Shown piece after piece: positions 57,384-64,000 of a stretch of DNA of 64,000 nt (positions within the stretch are counted from its first letter, which is position 1; each line of letters begins with the position of its first letter). A model generated the notes under the pieces. The model saw nothing but the letters and a program-made list of their open reading frames with translations. It was not told where the DNA came from and did not search any database. Source of the stretch: Oscillospiraceae bacterium (GTDB taxonomy: Bacteria; Bacillota; Clostridia; Oscillospirales; Acutalibacteraceae); assembly GCA_015066385.1 (NCBI GenBank), contig SVOJ01000007.1:17448-81447 (forward strand), given 5' to 3'. The translations under genes were made by a program, and so were the position numbers.

Positions 57384-57896
57384 TTATTGTTTTGCCACAA
57401 CTGCATCGTCATACGTCAAAATGCCCGTAATGCTCAACGGGGTCGAAAAAAATGTGAACGAATATCGTCCTTTTGTTGCCGTGCCCGTGTGGTCGGAAAA
57501 CAAAACATCCGCACCCGTCAGACCCGCTTCTTCAGCCATGGCGGCGGCCTCATATTCGCTTACTCCGCAAAAAGAAGCAATCAGCAATTGTGTGAATGCA
57601 AGAAAATCATCCGTCGGGGCGGTTTCCTGTTCTGCCGTCAGCAGAATTTGCGTCAGTTGCCCTTTTTCGTCTTCTTTGCAACTCAACAACAGGTCTTCCT
57701 CTTGCATGAGTGAAAACGGAATCTGATAATAGCCGTTATACAGTGTCACACCGTCCAACGAAAACGCATACCGTTCGTTTTGCTGTTCCAGCCGCCGTGA
57801 CAATTCCTGCATGCCGAAGCGTCGGGGGGCATTGCATCCCGCGCACAACACAAGAGTGATTGCAAGAAAAAGTGAACAGAATCTTTTAATTTTCAT
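57384..57896 (-). CDS. Hypothetical lipoprotein
   Basis: MKIKRFCSLFLAITLVLCAGC is a signal peptide plus lipobox. Confidence 0.6.
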   Translation of the reverse strand: MKIKRFCSLFLAITLVLCAGCNAPRRFGMQELSRRLEQQNERYAFSLDGVTLYNGYYQIPFSLMQEEDLLLSCKEDEKGQLTQILLTAEQETAPTDDFLAFTQLLIASFCGVSEYEAAAMAEEAGLTGADVLFSDHTGTATKGRYSFTFFSTPLSITGILTYDDAVVAKQ

Positions 57897-57920
57897 TTGA
57901 AACGCTCCTTTTGAGTGTAT

Positions 57921-58442
57921 GTAAATTACGGTTTATCGGGGAGTAGAAAGTTGGTCGCTCGTCAGTCACATTAAAAGTTTTGGTCAAGCTTTTTCAAAAG
58001 CTTGTGGGTTCAAAGGGCAACGCCCTTGCCGCTCGTCGCAACGAGCGGAATTCCTTATGCTTCAAAAAGCGCAGGAAAGTTTTTAAGAAAACCCTCGCCG
58101 GGGGTTTTCTTAAGTGCGAAGCACTAAACGAACTAACGGAACTTTTATGGTAAATTGATAAACGAACATTACAAATTTAATTTATTTATTATTTTATAAT
58201 TAAGTTAACTGTGTTTAATGTTGTGCTGTCGCACAATAGAGAACCCCCGGCGAGGGTTCTCTACGAAAAACAGTCCACCGGACTGTTTTTCTACTCTCCT
58301 GCGCTATTGGGCGGAATGGGGATTTCGCCCGTTGCGACGGGCGACGAAAGGCTCCGCCTCTCGACACCGCAAACTTTTGAAAAAGTTTGATCAAAACTTT
58401 TAACGACTGACGATCAACACACACCGACAAACCGTAATTTAT
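57921..58442. mobile_element. Foldback MITE-like element, copy 2 (~520 bp, non-coding)
   Basis: The left terminus GTAAATTACGGTTTATCGGGGAGTAG (57921-57946) nearly matches copy 1, and the right end is CCGACAAACCGTAATTTAT (58424-58442). The arms are long imperfect inverted repeats built from short hairpins around an AT-rich centre. Confidence 0.6.
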
Positions 58443-58512
58443 CTCCTTTTCATTCCTATTCATTTCCATATAAAAAAAGACCGATGCACCCGCATCGATC
58501 TTTCGGTTATCT

Positions 58513-59862
58513 TTATTCGTGGGTTAGTTGTTTGATCCATTTGAATCGGTTGACCTTGACCACCGCTACGGCGCATTTTGTGATCTGATCGCTCTTTAAA
58601 AGGAAAAAAGTAACGGGAATCGGCCATTTGAATACAAATGCAGACAAGAAAGACAACGGCAATACAATGCCCCACATGAAAATGAGGTCATTTTTGAGCA
58701 CGAATTTTGTGTCGCCGCCACCCGAAACGATTCCGCAAAGACAGGGGGCTTCATACGATGAGCCGATGACCGTAATCGACAGAATGATCAGGAACGTGTT
58801 TGCAAGTGCCGCCGTTTGTTGCGAAACATCATAAAATGAAAGGATCAGCCCCTTGCTTGCAAGCAGAATCGCACAGGAAATGCCTCCGATTGCAAGGAAC
58901 ATCCATTGCAGTGTTTTTGCATATTTTTTGACACGGTCTGTGTCACCCTCTCCGACGGTCTTGCCGATAATAACACCTGCGGCATTGGATGAGGACGAAT
59001 ACAGCACGCTGATGACCTGATAAATCGGTGCGGCAATGGCATTTGCGCCGATGGCGGCTTCGCCGAGTCTGCCGATAATGGCAGTCTGCACCGTCATGGC
59101 AATGCCCCAGGAGCTGCCCGACAGAATGATCGGTACCCCCGTCTTTATGTAGTCACGCATATACACTTTTTCAACACTGAAAAAGTCTTGCGGGCGCAGT
59201 TTCAGTTTTTTGTCCATGAACAGCACATAAATGAGTACCGTCAGCAGTTCCGCAATTCTTGCTGTGATGGTGGCATAAGCCGCACCCTTGACACCCAACT
59301 GCGGGAAACCGAGGTTGCCGAAAATCAGGCAGTAGTTGAGGAAGATATTCACAACCAACGCCACAAGCGACACCGCGAAGCCGATTTTTACGCTTTCCAC
59401 CGAACGCATCAGGGCAATGAGCAGATTGGTTATTGCAAAAATAACATACGAAAAGCCCATAATACGCAGGTATACGGCTCCTGCTTCCACAATGGCGGCT
59501 TCGTTGGAGAGCAGATAAAGCACTTGTTGCGGAAAGGCACTGACAATCAGCCCCAACAACAGGCTCAGCCCCGATGCAAGCAGAAAGCCTGCCGAAAAAA
59601 TTTTGCGGATGGGGGCAATCTGCCGTTTGCCCCAGTATTGGGATGCAATCACAGCCACACCGTTTGCCGCACCGTTCACAAGCATCTGCAACAGAAACTG
59701 AATCTGGTTGGCAAGGCTGACACCGCTCATGGCAACTTCGGAAAAACTGCCGAGCATGATATTGTCAACAAGGTTTACACTGAAAATGATGATATTCTGC
59801 AGAGCCATAATGCCTGCAAGGCTGAAAAAGGTCTTGTAAAAGGAAGAATTTTTCTGTTTCAT
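58513..59862 (-). CDS. MATE family efflux transporter
   Basis: 449 aa with 12 TM helices. The N-terminus is typical of MATE: FFSLAGIMALQNIIIFSVNLVDNIMLG. Confidence 0.85.
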   Translation of the reverse strand: MKQKNSSFYKTFFSLAGIMALQNIIIFSVNLVDNIMLGSFSEVAMSGVSLANQIQFLLQMLVNGAANGVAVIASQYWGKRQIAPIRKIFSAGFLLASGLSLLLGLIVSAFPQQVLYLLSNEAAIVEAGAVYLRIMGFSYVIFAITNLLIALMRSVESVKIGFAVSLVALVVNIFLNYCLIFGNLGFPQLGVKGAAYATITARIAELLTVLIYVLFMDKKLKLRPQDFFSVEKVYMRDYIKTGVPIILSGSSWGIAMTVQTAIIGRLGEAAIGANAIAAPIYQVISVLYSSSSNAAGVIIGKTVGEGDTDRVKKYAKTLQWMFLAIGGISCAILLASKGLILSFYDVSQQTAALANTFLIILSITVIGSSYEAPCLCGIVSGGGDTKFVLKNDLIFMWGIVLPLSFLSAFVFKWPIPVTFFLLKSDQITKCAVAVVKVNRFKWIKQLTHE

Positions 59863-59989
59863 CTTTTATTTCCTCTTCATTTCATCCGAAAATCAATCCC
59901 ATTGTAGCATATATTCAGAAAAAGAAAAAGAAAAAATGCAAAAATTTTATTTGAATTCAAAAAAAAGGAGAAAATCACCAAAAGAATAT

Positions 59990-60018
59990 TTGACAAAAGC
60001 AGATTTTTCGTTTATAAT
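59990..60018 (+). promoter_or_regulatory. Consensus sigma-A promoter
   Basis: TTGACA (59990-59995), a 17-nt spacer, then TATAAT (60013-60018). Confidence 0.65.
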
Positions 60019-60052
60019 GAAAACGAACATACTATGAAAGGAGCCTAAAACC

Positions 60053-60208
60053 ATGTATAACGAAATAATGAACACAATCCCCGATTTTGTCCATGTTATT
60101 CTTTCTTGGTTGGAAGTAATTTTCGCAACTTTGCTTGAAGGTCTCGGAATTATTAAAGTTCCTTCCCACGAAGGCACAGATGTCGGCGGCGAAGAAGCAG
60201 CTGAATAA
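60053..60208 (+). CDS. 51-aa small protein (one hydrophobic helix, acidic tail), hypothetical
   Basis: MYNEIMNTIPDFVHVILSWLEVIFATLLEGLGIIKVPSHEGTDVGGEEAAE. An AAAGGAG SD lies upstream, and the gene has its own promoter and terminator. It is below the ORF-track cutoff. Confidence 0.5.
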   Translation: MYNEIMNTIPDFVHVILSWLEVIFATLLEGLGIIKVPSHEGTDVGGEEAAE

Positions 60209-60227
60209 TCAAAAATAATCGATAAAA

Positions 60228-60258
60228 ACAGCACGGCTTGTCCGTGTTGTTTTTTTTC
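60228..60258 (+). terminator. Rho-independent terminator
   Basis: ACAGCACGG pairs with CCGTGTTGT (one G-U pair) and is followed by T8. Confidence 0.7.
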
Positions 60259-60293
60259 TTGACAAAAATGAATATGTACGTTATAATGTACAT
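60259..60293 (+). promoter_or_regulatory. yefM-yoeB promoter with palindromic operator
   Basis: TTGACA (60259-60264), a 17-nt spacer, then TATAAT (60282-60287). The inverted repeat ATGTAC (60274-60279) / GTACAT (60288-60293) brackets the -10 element. Confidence 0.65.
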
Positions 60294-60315
60294 ATAATAG
60301 CAAAGAGGTGATCTT

Positions 60316-60564
60316 ATGACAACTACAACAATAACAAATTTCAGACAAAATCTGTTTGAATATATAAAATCTGCCATTGAGTATAACGATATTATTGATG
60401 TAACAACCAAAGACGGAAATGCTGTTGTTATGAGCAAGGATGAATATAACGGCTTAATGGAGACGTTATATCTGCTTTCGCATCCGAAAACTGCTGAAGA
60501 AATTCTTTCATCAAAAAACGATCCTGCTGAAGAATTTACTTCTTTGGAGGATGTTGAGTGGTAA
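60316..60564 (+). CDS. yefM: Type II antitoxin, Phd/YefM family
   Basis: TNFRQNLFEYIKSAIEYNDIIDVTTKDGNAVVMSKDEYNGLMETLYLL is a typical YefM sequence. Confidence 0.9.
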   Translation: MTTTTITNFRQNLFEYIKSAIEYNDIIDVTTKDGNAVVMSKDEYNGLMETLYLLSHPKTAEEILSSKNDPAEEFTSLEDVEW

Positions 60565-60830
60565 TGTATAATGTAGTTTTATCAAAAGCGGCAGTCAAGC
60601 ATACCAAACTTTTGTCGGGTGCAAAACTGGCGGAAAAAGCAAAATCATTGCTTGCGGTATTAAAGAACGACCCTTTTCAGAACCCGCCGCCTTACGAACA
60701 ATTGGTTGGTGAGTTCAAAGGCTTGTATTCAAGGCGCATAAACTATCAGCACAGATTGGTATACAGTGTTGATAAAGAAACAAATACAGTGTATGTCATG
60801 AGTATGTGGACACACTACGAAACGATATAA
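60564..60830 (+). CDS. yoeB: Type II toxin, Txe/YoeB family mRNA interferase
   Basis: LYSRRINYQHRLVYSV ... MWTHYE matches YoeB. The ATG overlaps the yefM stop (TAATG); an alternative GTG start is at 60558. Confidence 0.9.
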   Translation: MYNVVLSKAAVKHTKLLSGAKLAEKAKSLLAVLKNDPFQNPPPYEQLVGEFKGLYSRRINYQHRLVYSVDKETNTVYVMSMWTHYETI

Positions 60831-61005
60831 CGGAATACAGGTAAAGATGTTTTAACCACCTGCTGGTGGTTTTATTTTTTGTCATTTTGAATGAGAAAAC
60901 ATTGTGATATCTGTCTATAATGTGCAAGTTTTTTCTTGTGTGTTGCAAACTTTGTTTTTATATGTTATTATAAAATATATATGCAAAAAAACGGAGGGGT
61001 GCACC

Positions 61006-62583
61006 ATGGCTGAACAGCTTGAAAACCGTCAGTATACCGATGAACAACTCGGTTATGTGTATGAAAACAGACGTTACGTCGGCATGAAGGAGACCGTCGG
61101 CTTTATCGTCTGGGATGCAACGCAGAGTTTCAACATCAATGCCTATACCAACCGCTTTATCACCAATATCGTCAAAGTTGACCTCGGTTATCAGACTCTC
61201 GCAAAAACCATCAACAGCGTGTGGGATATCGTCAATGATATTTTCACTGCCGCCATTGTCGAAAAGACCCGCACCCGTTGGGGCAAATTCCGTCCTTATT
61301 TGTTGGGACTTGCTCTGCCGGGTTGTCTTGTGACGTTGCTTTATTGGTTCATGCCGATGCTCTTTGCGGGCAAGTCCTCGCTTTCCGTCGGTAAATTTGT
61401 ATTCTATCTGCTTCTTGAAATTATGCGTGAAGCCGTCACCACCTTCCAGAATATCGCAAGAACGGGTTTAATGGCAACCATCACGCCGCACCCCGTGGAC
61501 CGAACGAGACTGATTACCATTGCCAACTTCGCTTCGGGCTTCTTTGGCGAAAACCTGCCTGCACAGATCATGACCGTTCTGCTTGATCTCATTGACAATA
61601 AGGCATTCAAGAGCAAGATGTCTGTTGATGCACAGCTGAGCGGTGCATTTATGGGCATGGGTGCCGCAACGACCATTGTTGCAAGCGGAATGTCGTTCTG
61701 GTTCTTCTCCATGTCCAAAGAGCGTGTCATGCAGTCCATTTCCACGCCGAGCATCAAAGATTCTTTGCGTTCTGTCATCAACAACAAACCGATCTTGCTG
61801 CTGACCTTGTCCGAATTCCTTGCAGGCTTCGGCATTTCGGGCAGCGAAACGGATTACTACATAGACGTTCTGCATTTTGCATCCATGGTGCTGCTTGCGG
61901 GCATTCCCGCCGCGCCCATCACGCCCATTTCTTATTCCTTTGTACCGTGGTTCAGACGCAGATTCTCCAGCCGTCTGCTGTATATCGTAGGTAAGAACAT
62001 CGGCAATATTCTTTATATTTTCGTGTTCCTGTTCGGCTGTATCGGATTCAATCCCAAAACCTACAAAGGCGGTCTGTATCGCAAAAAACTGCCCATGTTT
62101 TTTGCCATGGCACTGTGGGAAATGATCTTCTGCCTGTTCTACGGTCTTCGTTCCGTCATCAGTACCGAACTGTATAATGAATCCATGGACTACTGCGAAT
62201 GGAAAAACGGTTACCGTACCGAGGCCATGACCAGTGTTGCCAAAGGGCTTGCCGCAAAGGTATCGACTTCGGTCAGCGGCATTGTCACTACGGCACTCAA
62301 AAAACTGGTCGGCTACGATCAGAGCGCATGGGCAGATGACAGGGAACAGACCGACAAGGTCAAATTCTTCATCTTTGCTATGTTCACCATCATTCCCGTG
62401 CTCACGGGATCATTCGGCATCATTCCGATGCTGTTCTATGATCTGGGCGGCAAAAAGAAAGAAATGATGTATGCGGAGCTGCTTGCACGCAGAAAAGAAG
62501 CAAGCATTTCCGCTTCCGAGGGCGATCTTGATTCCATCCGCGAAATGGAAGAAAAACTCAAAGCCGTCCGCGATCAGAAGTAA
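61006..62583 (+). CDS. GPH/MFS_2 family transporter
   Basis: I chose the start at MAEQLENRQY, after GGAGGGG. Motifs: DIVNDIFTAAIVEKTRTRWGKFRPY and DYCEWKNGYRTE. Confidence 0.8.
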   Translation: MAEQLENRQYTDEQLGYVYENRRYVGMKETVGFIVWDATQSFNINAYTNRFITNIVKVDLGYQTLAKTINSVWDIVNDIFTAAIVEKTRTRWGKFRPYLLGLALPGCLVTLLYWFMPMLFAGKSSLSVGKFVFYLLLEIMREAVTTFQNIARTGLMATITPHPVDRTRLITIANFASGFFGENLPAQIMTVLLDLIDNKAFKSKMSVDAQLSGAFMGMGAATTIVASGMSFWFFSMSKERVMQSISTPSIKDSLRSVINNKPILLLTLSEFLAGFGISGSETDYYIDVLHFASMVLLAGIPAAPITPISYSFVPWFRRRFSSRLLYIVGKNIGNILYIFVFLFGCIGFNPKTYKGGLYRKKLPMFFAMALWEMIFCLFYGLRSVISTELYNESMDYCEWKNGYRTEAMTSVAKGLAAKVSTSVSGIVTTALKKLVGYDQSAWADDREQTDKVKFFIFAMFTIIPVLTGSFGIIPMLFYDLGGKKKEMMYAELLARRKEASISASEGDLDSIREMEEKLKAVRDQK

Positions 62584-62607
62584 TTTTACCGTGGGGAGGA
62601 AGAAAAT

Positions 62608-64000
62608 ATGAATAATACAACGGGAAAAGCAACAGCTCCCATTGTTTTTGTCACCGGCATCGGACAGACGTGGTCGTCCCTGAAAAGCGATACCGACCAC
62701 CGCTGGAACCTGTTCCCGGGCGATACGGAAGTTCTGTTCCATGACTTCCCCAAGGGTGGCAAGCGCCGCATTGCAGGGTTTGCTCTGCAGGCACTTCGTA
62801 CCGCACTGACGGGATCTGACTGCGTAAAAGAAAAGCACATCGACGGTGTGCTCAAAGATCTTCTTCGTTGGTGCATTGTGGATAATGACGGCAATCTGCC
62901 CGCAGAAGTGGATGTGCGCATTTACGGTGCACGCTCGTTTGAAAAACTTAAAAATGTTGATTTTGCCACGGGTGAATATACCGAAGACGAAGGTAAGAGC
63001 CTTTTAAAACGCATTTATGTTGATGTGCCCTGCAAAGATCTTGCCGCTGTCTACGGTGCCCAAAATATGTACTGTTTCAACTATTCCACCTTTTCCGATC
63101 TTTACACGGATGCAGATAAACTGCACGAAATGATCAAAGCGGTCATTGAAGACCAGAAGGATAAAACAGGTGCAAAGCAGGTTATTCTCATTCCCATGAG
63201 CATGGGGGCTACCGTGGTCAGTGCGTATCTTGACAAGTATTATACCGACGAAGGCAGTGTCGGTGAAAATCTTGTTTCCAAGGTCATTTCCATTGTCGGT
63301 GCATGGGACGGCAGTCACGGCATGGCAGACCTGCTTGAATGCAACGGCGGCAAGGACTGGAACGAAAAGTTTTATGACTCCTTCCTGCGTGAAACCGTAG
63401 ATAATGAGAGTCTTTTCAAATGCCTGAATCTGATGAACAGGGATGCGGTCAATAAGCTGCTTGTCAAACTTGTGAACGGACTGCTTGACAATCTGCTTCT
63501 CAACACAAGTGCATTCATGGCACTGATCCCGAAAGACCGTTTTGACAAACTTTCCCCGAAACTCTTCAGTGCCGAACGCATGGCAAAAGTTCCGCGTCTT
63601 GGCTTTGTCAAAGCGGAAGCCGAGCGTTATCATGCCGCACAGTGCAATCTGCAAAACCGCATGAAGGCCCTGCATGAAAAATGCGGCATCGGCTTTTATT
63701 TCCTTGCAGGCTACAATATGCCCTTCGGCGGCATCAAATCCGATTTTGAATTCCTGGGTCTTCTGGGCAGTGCAAAAAATGCCAACACAGACACCGTCAT
63801 TCAGGTGGAATCCACCGTGCCCGGCACAAGAAGCGTGCCTTTTGGTCAGAAACTGTCGGCAAATGAAAACAGCCGTCTTTCTCCCGACGGCAGTGTAGAT
63901 GCCGCTACAGCGTGGTTTGCAGATACGAGTTGGTATTTTGAAGGGCAGGAACATGAACTGGGCACCAATAACACCGCCCTGAAACTGGCTGTGGATATCG
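62608..64000 (+). CDS. Alpha/beta-hydrolase (lipase/esterase-like) protein, 3' end outside window
   Basis: This ORF is not in the supplied track because it has no stop in the window. I translated frame 1 by hand from the ATG at 62608 (after GGGGAGGAAG) and found it open to 64000. It has PIVFVTGIGQTW and a nucleophile-elbow-like ILIPMSMGA. Confidence 0.6.
   Translation, partial: MNNTTGKATAPIVFVTGIGQTWSSLKSDTDHRWNLFPGDTEVLFHDFPKGGKRRIAGFALQALRTALTGSDCVKEKHIDGVLKDLLRWCIVDNDGNLPAEVDVRIYGARSFEKLKNVDFATGEYTEDEGKSLLKRIYVDVPCKDLAAVYGAQNMYCFNYSTFSDLYTDADKLHEMIKAVIEDQKDKTGAKQVILIPMSMGATVVSAYLDKYYTDEGSVGENLVSKVISIVGAWDGSHGMADLLECNGGKDWNEKFYDSFLRETVDNESLFKCLNLMNRDAVNKLLVKLVNGLLDNLLLNTSAFMALIPKDRFDKLSPKLFSAERMAKVPRLGFVKAEAERYHAAQCNLQNRMKALHEKCGIGFYFLAGYNMPFGGIKSDFEFLGLLGSAKNANTDTVIQVESTVPGTRSVPFGQKLSANENSRLSPDGSVDAATAWFADTSWYFEGQEHELGTNNTALKLAVDI

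Noticed and set aside
58215-58469. 84-aa and 61-aa ORFs inside the foldback element
   Set aside because: They lie on opposite strands of the same palindromic sequence, have no RBS, and their reading frames are a by-product of the inverted-repeat structure.
54790-58500. Integrated prophage remnant or genomic island with integrase
   Set aside because: The interval has no integrase, transposase or tRNA gene, and I found no convincing flanking direct repeats. Only the RM gene itself is compositionally distinct.
63004-63954. 316-aa ORF on the minus strand
   Set aside because: It is antisense to an open plus-strand frame (62608 to the window end) that has an RBS and alpha/beta-hydrolase features. 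The plus-strand ORF is missing from the track only because it lacks a stop in the window.

Overview
This is a dense, two-strand chromosomal segment from a Clostridia genome. The Ruminococcus-type dockerin modules, Rnf complex, YfhO and DUF2079 suggest Oscillospiraceae/Ruminococcus-like; spot counts put GC near 50 percent. Housekeeping genes: typA (5' truncated), a zapA-like gene, ychF, trkA-trkH, apbE plus rnfCDGEAB, uxaC, helD, rarA and cysE-cysS. Carbohydrate genes: GH30, GH20, a NanA-like lyase and four divergent GPH/MFS_2 transporters. Envelope genes: two large secreted Cys-rich repeat proteins with C-terminal dockerins, a BspA-type LRR protein and several lipoproteins. The accessory content is the most interesting part: (1) a type III (RNA antitoxin) TA locus at 48.49-49.13 kb, made of a promoter, 2.2 x 45-nt repeats, a terminator and an AbiQ/ToxN/CptN-like ORF; (2) a candidate type I TA at 50.16-50.52 kb, a 35-aa hydrophobic peptide with a convergent antisense sRNA; (3) a YefM-YoeB type II TA with a TGTAC-type operator; (4) a single-polypeptide type IIG-like nuclease-methylase-TRD gene in an AT-richer islet; (5) two foldback MITE-like elements sharing about 26-bp termini, plus two solo termini. 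By eye I found no rRNA, tRNA, CRISPR array, transposase or integrase. All calls rest on reading the sequence and motif recognition; no searches were run.
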